This document shows positions 25,782-34,637 of a stretch of 58,707 bases of DNA, one piece after another. This stretch comes from an uncultured archaeon (GTDB taxonomy: Archaea > Aenigmatarchaeota > Aenigmatarchaeia > CG10238-14), in contig CAZRNP010000001.1 of the NCBI GenBank assembly GCA_964601485.1, positions 1 to 58,707 on the forward strand, written 5' to 3'. The position numbers and the translations under genes are program-made. The notes under the pieces are model-generated. The model was not told the origin of the DNA. It saw only the letters and a list, made by a program, of their open reading frames with translations, and made no database searches. Numbering within the stretch: the stretch's first letter is position 1; each line of letters begins with the position of its first letter.

Positions 25782-25921
25782 GCCCTGGTAGTTCAGTTTG
25801 GACAGAATAGCACCCCCCTAACGATGATGAGGAGATGTCCGATTGAATGCTAAGCATAATGATATGCATGCACCTCGCGGAGGAAAGGTGAAGGTCGGGG
25901 GTTCAAATCCCCCCCAGGGCG
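25782..25921 (+). tRNA. Intron-containing tRNA, probably Arg (CCU); intron about 25821-25885 (65 nt)
   Basis: Acceptor GCCCTGG/CCAGGGC, D arm GTTC-AGTTTGGACA-GAAT, anticodon stem GCACC/GGTGA (one mismatch), loop CCCCTAA, variable AGGTC, T arm GGGGG-TTCAAAT-CCCCC, G73. C at position 33 is atypical, so the anticodon and intron boundaries are tentative. Confidence 0.75.
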
Positions 25922-26224
25922 TTAAATAATAAACTTTATTTTTGTTCACTCAATTAATGAAACTGCCAAAAGTGATAGACTGAATGGAAGATGGAAACTA
26001 AAGGGGTTTCAACTATAGACGATGTTGCTAAATACATGTTAGAATAGATTTCCTCTCCTCTGTTTTTAAGGCTTTCTTCATCTTTTATCAAGTCGCCCAT
26101 CAATCTTCATCGGATTTAAGGTGTTGACCTTAAATTCATATATTTTTGATAAATTTAAATCTTTAAAATTAGATAGATTTTTGTTCTGGAAAAAGAAAAA
26201 TTAAACCAGAGTCACTAATCATAA

Positions 26225-26449
26225 TTACCATTTATGATTCGGATTCCTTGGTATTATAATCCAAGCTATTATGTATGCCAGTATGCCCGTACCAAAACCC
26301 AGTACGAACAAAACCCAAAGCAATCTAATAATAGTCGGATCAACGTTAAAATATTCAGCTATTCCACCGCAAACCCCAGCTAAAATTTTCTCCTTTCCAG
26401 ACCTGTACAATCTTTTAATTTTTGCCATATGGTACATTTGTAAATCCAA
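26225..26449 (-). CDS. PspC-domain membrane protein
   Basis: LYRSGKEKILAGVCGGIAEYFNVDPTIIRLLWVLFVL. The start may be the internal Met at 26428. Confidence 0.75.
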   Translation of the reverse strand: MDLQMYHMAKIKRLYRSGKEKILAGVCGGIAEYFNVDPTIIRLLWVLFVLGFGTGILAYIIAWIIIPRNPNHKW

Positions 26450-26596
26450 CTTTTTATTTATTAAATAATCAACTCACAATCAGATAGATTTTTGTTCTAA
26501 ATTATTTCATTTTGAGTATACTCAAATCGTTCATCAGTTTTAGGCTAATTTATTTTTAACTCATAAATTTATAACGATTGAATGGAATAGATAATT

Positions 26597-27841
26597 ATGC
26601 AAATCAACGGCTTCGCGGAAGAAATAAGAGACTTAGGCGGTATAAAATTCATTAAACTCCATACTATTTCTGGAGATATACAAATAACTCTACCTAAAAA
26701 AATAATCCCTAAAGAACTTTTTGATAAAGTCGATAAAATAACAAGACAATCTGCTTTGACAGTTATAGGGGATTTAAAGGAAAATAAACAAGCACCTGAT
26801 GGTAAAGAGATAATACCAAAAGAAATAGAAATCGTTAACCTTGCAGAAACCCCATTACCCTTGGAGCCGAGTGAAAAGACGCCAGCAGAATTAGAGACAA
26901 GACTCGACTGGAGGTTCTTAGATTTTAGGACAGAAAAGACTCTTGCCATATTCAAAATACAGAATGAAATACTGAGATCGTTCAGAGAATATCTGATTAA
27001 AGAAGGATTTTTCGAGATACAGCCACCTTGTATCATAGCATCAGCTAGTGAGGGTGGAGCAGACTTGTTCAAGATTCCTTACTTTGAGAAAGAAGCATAC
27101 CTAGCACAAAGCCCTCAGTTGTACAAACAGATGTGTGCTATTTCTTTAGGAAAAGTCTTCATGACGACTCCTGTATGGAGGGCTGAAAAATTCAATAAAC
27201 CTACTCATTTGAATGAGATTAGACAGTTAGATATAGAGATGGCATTCATCAAATCAGAAGAAGATGCGATGGAAGTTTTGGAGAATGTTTTTGTTCATAT
27301 CTTGAAGTCTGTTCAAAAGAATTGTAAAAAAGAATTGAAGTTGTTGAGCAGAGAGATAAAAATACCAAAGTTGCCTTTAAAAAGAATAACCTATACAGAA
27401 GCTGTAGAAGCATTAAAAAAACAGGGTGAAGAAATAGAATGGGGCGACGATTTTTCTAAGCTACAAGAAGAAAAATTATCAAAGATATTCGGAGATACTT
27501 TCTTCATGAAGGATTGGCCAACTGTAGTTAAGGCTTTCTACACGATGCCGAATGAAAAGGATAATAAGATTTGTCGTGCTTTTGACCTGATTCACAATGG
27601 TCTAGAGATAGCTTCTGGAACTCAAAGGGTACATATCCCAGATTTACTGATAAAACAAATAAAAAAGTTTAGCATGAATCCTGAAGATTTCAAGTACTAC
27701 ATAGACTGTTTCAGATACGGCGCTCCCCCACATGCTGGTTGGTCATTTGGCTTGGAAAGAATAACCATGACCATAACAGGAATGAAGAACATTAGAGAAT
27801 GCTGCATGTTCCCAAGAGATAGGAATAGGTTGACACCATAG
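26597..27841 (+). CDS. aspS: Class IIb aminoacyl-tRNA synthetase, archaeal aspartyl-tRNA synthetase type
   Basis: QSPQLYKQ, FDLIHNGLEIASGTQRVH and YGAPPHAGWSFGLERI. The N-terminus looks about 20 aa shorter than typical, so the start is uncertain. Confidence 0.8.
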   Translation: MQINGFAEEIRDLGGIKFIKLHTISGDIQITLPKKIIPKELFDKVDKITRQSALTVIGDLKENKQAPDGKEIIPKEIEIVNLAETPLPLEPSEKTPAELETRLDWRFLDFRTEKTLAIFKIQNEILRSFREYLIKEGFFEIQPPCIIASASEGGADLFKIPYFEKEAYLAQSPQLYKQMCAISLGKVFMTTPVWRAEKFNKPTHLNEIRQLDIEMAFIKSEEDAMEVLENVFVHILKSVQKNCKKELKLLSREIKIPKLPLKRITYTEAVEALKKQGEEIEWGDDFSKLQEEKLSKIFGDTFFMKDWPTVVKAFYTMPNEKDNKICRAFDLIHNGLEIASGTQRVHIPDLLIKQIKKFSMNPEDFKYYIDCFRYGAPPHAGWSFGLERITMTITGMKNIRECCMFPRDRNRLTP

Positions 27842-27902
27842 CTTTTTCTTTAATAAACGATAGATTTTATTATTAGTTTGACTAAAAAATAGTAGTGAGA
27901 GA

Positions 27903-30900
27903 ATGGATAGGTTAAATGTTTTAGTTTTGTTTTTGATTTTATTATTGATACCTTTCTTCTCCAATTTTGTTTTGGGAGGTATATCGAATAGTACCTACAA
28001 TTTTTTCAACGTTACTAACATGACTTCATTTAATTGGACATCAAGCAATATAACTATCGGATCTTTTAATGATTCTATTCAAATAAACATCAATAATTTG
28101 ACAACCGAAATTGTTTCTAGTTATTCTCAAAAAAGCAGAGCTTCTTCTGATACTTATTATACTAGCTATAATTGCTTTCATGGTGGGGAAGGTTTAATTT
28201 TTGTAGTTCAGAATCAAACAGGCAGTTATGTAAATAACACACAGACTATGAGCAATGACACGATTGAAGAATTTATTCTGTCATATTTCCCATACTGCCC
28301 ACCAGGAAAATATTCCGGTAATTTTACAGTAAGTAGAATAGATAATTCCTCAGACAAAGTCAAAGTTTCTACAACCATAAACATTCCTATTTCTTTGAAT
28401 AACACATTAAACAATGCAACTAACTATGCGTTTTTCAAAGGAACTATGTCATCTAGTAATCAATACCATTCCTATTATTACAAAACAGGCGAGTTTACAC
28501 AAAACATAACAGCTCTAACAATGACTTTGACTGGATTAACAAATGATATAGATATTTTTGTTTTTAACAGTTCTGGCTCCATTAAAGGAAAATCTATAGA
28601 GAAAGGTACTGCTAGTGAACAGATCTTACATATGGATTTACCATCAACTTCAGATATTTGGGAAATTAGAGTTTATGGAAATGTTAGCTCGATTTATGAT
28701 GGATATCTCTACTTTATCACTTTGAATTTTACTGAAACATCAACACCATCCAATCAGGTCAATTCTTTAAACTTTGGAGACTTAGATGCAAATGCTACAA
28801 GTTCAGCAAATTATACTGTTAAAAATATGGATGATAATGTTTTAACAAGTGTTTATGACTATGCAGAAATCTATCATGTACAAACTTGGTCTTCAGTTAA
28901 TATTACTAAGTCATTCACCGACTTTTTTGTTCCCAATTTCACACAAAAAATAAAAGTAATAATAAATTGGACTGATGAACCAGGAAAAAATATAACTAAT
29001 TGGGATCTATATTTGAAAGATCGTTCAGGAAATTCTATAGGTAACTCAACTGATAAGTTTCTCATTTCGAACGTTACAAACGCTACCAGAGAAGAGTTCA
29101 TAGTATTTACTGGTCCATTCAACACAACAAATGAAGGGTTTTGGAATATAACCGTTCAGAACATAACTAACTCCACTATTCCATTGAGTTATTATAACAT
29201 TACTGCTTACGTATGGGTGAGTAGTAATTGGATTAATAGTAGTTATATTGATGGTTCAAGCTTTAACATAAGTGCCAACAATAGTTATAATGTAAGTGTG
29301 AACTTAACAATACCAGAAACACAAATTCTGGATGGGAGATATGAAGGATTTATAAAATACAACAGTTCACAAGGTTGGAACACTATACTTCCATTATCAT
29401 TCAACGTCAGCGCTGGAACATTAATAATAAATAACACTCTAAACAATGCTACTATAAGATTAACAGACAATACAGGGTTTAATCGTTTAGGAGCAAGTGC
29501 TCTAACTCTAAACATAACTTTCAATAATACGGGAAGCTATCCGATTTATTATACAAACAACACATCGAATTATACGTTGACTAAGGATAGCAATAGTAAC
29601 ATCACTTTCACAGTAGATAATTGGTTACCAAACCCGATTAATGCTGGTAGTAACGGAAAATTCAACATTTCTATTACAATAGACACAACTCTCACAGGTA
29701 ATGATCCCGGTATCTATAGAGGTTGGATTTTCTTCAACACAACTAATTCAACTTTGAATAGTTCTTCTTATCCTTACAAAAATTTTAATCTAAGTTTAGA
29801 GGTTAATCTTACTAACCTTTTGGATGTCAGAATCACAAATGTAACTACTGCTGATTCTGATAATTCGATTGGAACACCTACTACTGCTGAAAATGTAACT
29901 TATCTTTTGAATGTTTATCTAATTAATGGAACGAGATTAACAGACTCAGATGATGTTGGTACAAGAGATCTTTATGTAGAAAATTTCACGACTGCATGGA
30001 TGAATGAAACTAATGTTACTACATACAATACTTATCTATCCAATATAAATCAAACTGTTCAACCTGGTACGCCGAGCAGTCTTTGTGATCCCAACTATTG
30101 CAGTGTAAACGCAACCGTTCCAACCAACAAATCTGGCGGTAGGTATGAAATGTCAATAAAAGTCAGATATAATACAAGTATATCTATTTTGGAAGGTATT
30201 GGGAAATTTAAGCCTATTACGATTAGCAGTAGTGGAGTTAATTTGAACAGTTCACAAGGTTACACAATAAGTAGTGTTCTTCTAACTGAAGGAGCTACTA
30301 CTTATGTCAATATTACAGCAACAAATTATGGACCTTCAATAGCAAACGGTAATATTAGTTTTGCTAGTTGTTCATATGCAACTATAACACCATTATCAAG
30401 TGGTGGAACCAATTGTAGTCTTAATAGAGATACTAGTAATAATAGATATTATAACATAGGTCTTGGTGCTAATGGTGCTAGCTGTTATTTTGCTTGGAGT
30501 GTGTTAGGTAATAATGTCTCATCAGATAGCTCATGCACTGGTGTTTTGATATGGTATAATGAACCTAATTTAAACAACGTAACTATTAACACATTAACCG
30601 TTCAAGATGAAGAAGGAGATGTAACAACAACAACGGTATCATCATCAGATGGTAATGATCAAACTGCTACAACCACAACAACAATTGTTCCAGCTGTTAA
30701 ATACCTAAACATAACATCTTACCCTTCCACAGTTTCAGTCGCACAAGGTGCAAATAAAACAGAAAAAGTGACAGTAAAGAACATACACGCTAACATAACA
30801 CAAAAAGTAAAGTTAACTATAATGACTATCAATTCTACTTGGTATAGCATTTATCCATCGGGTGAGGTAACTATAGCAAATAAATCAAGTTACACTTACA

Positions 30901-31508
30901 ACGTAACTTTCATGATACTCGAGAATGAAACTGTTAAAGATTATTCAGGAAAATTCTTTGCTGAAAGTTCATACGGTGGTACCACCCAGAGTTTCACGCT
31001 AAAAATAATTCCTGGAGCAAAATTGCAATCACAGATTAGCGTCAACTTGTCTAATTACCAAACTGAAATACAGGATTTAGAAAAAGAGTTAAACGAGACT
31101 AAAAACAAGAATAACACAGAAGCAAAAAACCTTTTCAATCAACTCAAAGAAAAGTTCAACCAAGCATCAAATTACTACAACCAGAGTGATTACAGGTCTG
31201 CTTACGACCTATTGGATGACATAGAATCTTTGTTGAACCAAACGAAGACCGCTTTATCAGGGGGTACAATTGGAGGTAAGGGGATTGGGCCCATAGATTG
31301 GAAGGGTTTAGGTAAATGGATTATCGTAGCAGTAGTTGCGGTTGTGGCTATCGTACTCGGTTATCTATTCTGGCCAACATCTGGTGGTTTCAAACCTCTA
31401 AAAGGATATTCTCCACAACCTAAAAAAGAAGATAAAAAGACAATAATCACTGGACAATTCGACAAACTGAAAGAAAAATGGAAAAAGGCACAAGAAAGTA
31501 AAGAATAG
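27903..31508 (+). CDS. Giant surface protein (1201 aa): signal peptide, sequon-rich Ig/CARDB-like region, Thr linker, coiled coil, C-terminal TM anchor
   Basis: Signal peptide LNVLVLFLILLLIPFFSNFVLG, very frequent N-x-S/T, TTTTVSSSDGNDQTATTTTT, and TM helix WIIVAVVAVVAIVLGYLFW. Possibly S-layer-like. Confidence 0.75.
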   Translation: MDRLNVLVLFLILLLIPFFSNFVLGGISNSTYNFFNVTNMTSFNWTSSNITIGSFNDSIQININNLTTEIVSSYSQKSRASSDTYYTSYNCFHGGEGLIFVVQNQTGSYVNNTQTMSNDTIEEFILSYFPYCPPGKYSGNFTVSRIDNSSDKVKVSTTINIPISLNNTLNNATNYAFFKGTMSSSNQYHSYYYKTGEFTQNITALTMTLTGLTNDIDIFVFNSSGSIKGKSIEKGTASEQILHMDLPSTSDIWEIRVYGNVSSIYDGYLYFITLNFTETSTPSNQVNSLNFGDLDANATSSANYTVKNMDDNVLTSVYDYAEIYHVQTWSSVNITKSFTDFFVPNFTQKIKVIINWTDEPGKNITNWDLYLKDRSGNSIGNSTDKFLISNVTNATREEFIVFTGPFNTTNEGFWNITVQNITNSTIPLSYYNITAYVWVSSNWINSSYIDGSSFNISANNSYNVSVNLTIPETQILDGRYEGFIKYNSSQGWNTILPLSFNVSAGTLIINNTLNNATIRLTDNTGFNRLGASALTLNITFNNTGSYPIYYTNNTSNYTLTKDSNSNITFTVDNWLPNPINAGSNGKFNISITIDTTLTGNDPGIYRGWIFFNTTNSTLNSSSYPYKNFNLSLEVNLTNLLDVRITNVTTADSDNSIGTPTTAENVTYLLNVYLINGTRLTDSDDVGTRDLYVENFTTAWMNETNVTTYNTYLSNINQTVQPGTPSSLCDPNYCSVNATVPTNKSGGRYEMSIKVRYNTSISILEGIGKFKPITISSSGVNLNSSQGYTISSVLLTEGATTYVNITATNYGPSIANGNISFASCSYATITPLSSGGTNCSLNRDTSNNRYYNIGLGANGASCYFAWSVLGNNVSSDSSCTGVLIWYNEPNLNNVTINTLTVQDEEGDVTTTTVSSSDGNDQTATTTTTIVPAVKYLNITSYPSTVSVAQGANKTEKVTVKNIHANITQKVKLTIMTINSTWYSIYPSGEVTIANKSSYTYNVTFMILENETVKDYSGKFFAESSYGGTTQSFTLKIIPGAKLQSQISVNLSNYQTEIQDLEKELNETKNKNNTEAKNLFNQLKEKFNQASNYYNQSDYRSAYDLLDDIESLLNQTKTALSGGTIGGKGIGPIDWKGLGKWIIVAVVAVVAIVLGYLFWPTSGGFKPLKGYSPQPKKEDKKTIITGQFDKLKEKWKKAQESKE

Positions 31509-31514
31509 TAAACC

Positions 31515-32495
31515 ATGAGGGTGAGGTTAATCAAATCAAAGCCTGCAATAGTTTCTTGTCTACCAGCAATGTTTTTCTTTTTTGCGACGATATTCCTTGC
31601 TTATTCCCCGTTGACAATGTCAAAAGTTATAGTGATGCAGAATGATATTTTTACTTCATTCTACCAAGAATTGAGTAAGAGTGACTTTTCATCTGCTTTT
31701 ATTTTTACTCTCAACTACATATGGACAAACCTTTTATGGATCGTCCTTTTATTCTTGATTTTAATCAGCTGTGGTTTCATCGTTTACATTTTTTTCTTTT
31801 CAACTATGGATTTAAGAACGATAATAATTTCACAAATAATTTTTATCTTTTTAGCATTTCTACTTGCAAACTTTTCTATAATAATCCTTATAATTTCTAC
31901 TTCATTATTCTTAGGAATCCTATGGGAACACAAGACGTTCGAGCCGAGGAAAAATAATTTTTCAACAGGATATTCTGTTGTTACTTCTCGTCTAGGCTTG
32001 ATGAGTGTTTTTTTATGCGTTGGGATTTTTTTAACAATATTATTAAACATGCAAACTTATGAAAAAGAAATGTCAGAATCAAACAAAGAATTGATGATGG
32101 AATTTTTACCTAACATTACTGATATCAAAGATACACAAAAAAAACAAATAAATGACATAGCTGAAGGCTTCAAGTATAGCTTGAATGAAAGATACAACGT
32201 CATGTCAGATGATGTGAAGACTCAATGTAAACCTATGTATGACGGGTTAAAACAGGGTTTAGACAATTATAAAGACAGGGCAGTCCAACAAATAGACCAA
32301 AAAGAAGTGGGAATAAGTGAAGAAGATATTTTAAATTATTTTCCGTTCTTCAACATCCTTACTCAGATCACTCCTATATTGATAGCTTTAAGTGGTTATG
32401 CGTTACTTACGATATTGAGCCCCATCATGGGAATTTTTGGCGGAGTTGTTTACAGTATAATTAAAAAGAATAAGACAGAGATTTCTAAAACTTAA
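31515..32495 (+). CDS. Polytopic membrane protein (326 aa)
   Basis: Several hydrophobic helices. It starts 7 nt after the giant gene, so it is likely cotranscribed. Confidence 0.6.
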   Translation: MRVRLIKSKPAIVSCLPAMFFFFATIFLAYSPLTMSKVIVMQNDIFTSFYQELSKSDFSSAFIFTLNYIWTNLLWIVLLFLILISCGFIVYIFFFSTMDLRTIIISQIIFIFLAFLLANFSIIILIISTSLFLGILWEHKTFEPRKNNFSTGYSVVTSRLGLMSVFLCVGIFLTILLNMQTYEKEMSESNKELMMEFLPNITDIKDTQKKQINDIAEGFKYSLNERYNVMSDDVKTQCKPMYDGLKQGLDNYKDRAVQQIDQKEVGISEEDILNYFPFFNILTQITPILIALSGYALLTILSPIMGIFGGVVYSIIKKNKTEISKT

Positions 32496-32872
32496 CATTG
32501 TTCTGGACATTTGATACAAGGAGCGATGGAAGGATATATTTCTTCATGTAGGTGACATATTGCTTTGCTTTCTCTAACACTTCTACAGATTTTACAAAAT
32601 TTTATTTGAATGTCTCTGGGTTTTAATTTCCCAGAAACTATCTCCTTTGTTAGGCTGTCTATCATCGACATTACTTTTGATTGTCTCTCTAAAAGTTTAA
32701 CTTTGAATCCTCTCGACTCACGTTTATACTGAGAAATGGCTGGTTGTGTTAAACCAAGTATATCAGCAGCCTCTTTTTGAGTCAAGTTGTAAGTTGTTAA
32801 TAATTCTTTTGTTATCATCGACCTTATAGCTGGTAATATCGATGAAACTATAACTTCACAAAATGGCTTCAT
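32492..32872 (-). CDS. HTH (XRE-like) regulator with a C-terminal Cys/His-rich motif
   Basis: LTQKEAADILGLTQPAISQYK HTH, then CKICRSV...CHLHE...CIKCPEQC. Divergent from iscS. Confidence 0.55.
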   Translation of the reverse strand: MKPFCEVIVSSILPAIRSMITKELLTTYNLTQKEAADILGLTQPAISQYKRESRGFKVKLLERQSKVMSMIDSLTKEIVSGKLKPRDIQIKFCKICRSVRESKAICHLHEEIYPSIAPCIKCPEQC

Positions 32873-32933
32873 AATATTTTATTAGTAAGTTAAATTTAAA
32901 TATATAATAACACTGTTATATTTTAGTGGTCCT

Positions 32934-34097
32934 ATGAGAAAAGTTTACATGGATTATTCTGCTACGACCCCCGTCGACCCAAGAGTTTTAGACGCGATGA
33001 AGCCATATTTTCTGAAGAAGTTCGGGAATTCTATGTCTTTACATTCATGGGGAACTGAAGCAAAAGAAGCACTGGAAAATTCAAGAGAAAAAGTTGCAAG
33101 TTTGATGAACGCTGGGCCCAAAGATTTAATTTTCACTGGTAGTGCAACAGAATCCGACAACATGGCTTTGAAAGGAATTGTTTATGCTCACAAAGACAAA
33201 GGAAAACATGTAATCGTGTCCGCGGTAGAGCATCACTGTATAATAGAAACTGCAAAATGGTTGGAGAGACAAGGAGTTGGAGTTACTTATTTACCAGTCG
33301 ACAAGCAAGGTCTCATCGATTTGAACACGTTAGAAAGAGCGATAAGAAAAGACACTGTCTTAGTCTCGATAATACATGCAAACAATGAAATAGGAACGAT
33401 AGAGCCTGTAGAAGAAATCGGAAAATTATGCAGGGAAAAAGATGTTTACTTCCACACCGATGCCACTCAGAGCTTTGGAAAGATCCCTATCGACGTGAAA
33501 AAGATGAATATAGATTTGTTGACTTGCAACGCACACAAAGTTTATGGCCCAAAGGGAGTTGGAGCATTGTACATAAGAGAAGGCATAGAGATAGAACCTT
33601 TGCTGCATGGTGGGGGGCATGAGTTTGGGCTGAGGTCTTCTACTGTTAACGTTCCCGGTATCGTCGGGTTTGCCACTGTAGCTGAAATCCAGAAAAAAGA
33701 AATGAAGCAAGATGAAATAAAATTAACTAAATTAAGGGACAGGTTGATTAAAGAAACTTTAAAGGTTGAGGATTCTCATCTTAACGGCCATCCAACAAAA
33801 AGATTACAAAATAACGCCAGCTTCTGGTTTGCTTACATTGAAGGAGAATCTTTAGTCGTGCATTTGGACATGAACGGTATAGCTGGTTCAACCGGTTCAG
33901 CATGCTCATCAGATTCGTTAGAGCCCAGTCATGTCTTATTGGCAATAGGGTTAAAGCCTGAGCAGGCTCATGGTTCTTTGAGACTAACGATGGGAAAATA
34001 TACGACAAAAGAAGACATAGATTATGTGATAGAAATATTACCAGAAGTTGTCGAAAAGTTGAGAAAGATTTCTCCTTTTAAGAAGGGATGGAAATGA
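32934..34097 (+). CDS. iscS: Cysteine desulfurase (IscS/NifS type)
   Basis: PLP-lysine region CNAHKVYGPKG and active-site loop GSTGSACSS. Confidence 0.9.
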   Translation: MRKVYMDYSATTPVDPRVLDAMKPYFLKKFGNSMSLHSWGTEAKEALENSREKVASLMNAGPKDLIFTGSATESDNMALKGIVYAHKDKGKHVIVSAVEHHCIIETAKWLERQGVGVTYLPVDKQGLIDLNTLERAIRKDTVLVSIIHANNEIGTIEPVEEIGKLCREKDVYFHTDATQSFGKIPIDVKKMNIDLLTCNAHKVYGPKGVGALYIREGIEIEPLLHGGGHEFGLRSSTVNVPGIVGFATVAEIQKKEMKQDEIKLTKLRDRLIKETLKVEDSHLNGHPTKRLQNNASFWFAYIEGESLVVHLDMNGIAGSTGSACSSDSLEPSHVLLAIGLKPEQAHGSLRLTMGKYTTKEDIDYVIEILPEVVEKLRKISPFKKGWK

Positions 34098-34609
34098 ATG
34101 AATCATATTCAAAAGAAGTCATGAAACATTTTAAGAACCCGATAAACATGGGAAAAATTAAAAACCCTGACGGTGTCGGTAAGGTTGGGAACGTCGTATG
34201 CGGCGATGTAATGTATCTTTACATTAAAATTAAAAAGAATAAGAAGGACCAATATATTATATCTGATGTTAAGTTTGAAACTTTTGGTTGTGTTGCAGCT
34301 ATAGCCACTTCTTCGATGATAACTAAACTAGCGAAAGGAAAAACTATTGAAGAAGCTTTAAAAATAACAAAAATGGATGTTGCTAAATCTCTTGGAGAAT
34401 TACCAAAAATAAAATTACATTGTTCAGTCCTCGCTACTGATGCCCTAGTTGAGGCAATATACGATTATTTGACTAAGAACAATTTACCAATTTCTCAAGA
34501 ATTAGATAAAAGACATAAAGAAATTGAAAAAGAAACTAAATTTGTTGAAGACAAATTCAAAGATTATATCAACATGGAAAAAAATATTTGGAGTGTAAAA
34601 GGAAAGTAA
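34088..34609 (+). CDS. iscU: Fe-S cluster scaffold IscU/NifU-like
   Basis: The three conserved Cys contexts: VCGDVM, FGCVAAIA, LHCSVLA. Confidence 0.9.
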   Translation: MEMNESYSKEVMKHFKNPINMGKIKNPDGVGKVGNVVCGDVMYLYIKIKKNKKDQYIISDVKFETFGCVAAIATSSMITKLAKGKTIEEALKITKMDVAKSLGELPKIKLHCSVLATDALVEAIYDYLTKNNLPISQELDKRHKEIEKETKFVEDKFKDYINMEKNIWSVKGK

Positions 34610-34637
34610 TTATTTTTTTACCAAAATTTTCTTAAAT

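Noticed and set aside
26569-27072. A 167-aa ORF antisense to the start of aspS.
   Set aside because: It overlaps a confidently identified aminoacyl-tRNA synthetase and has no recognisable features.
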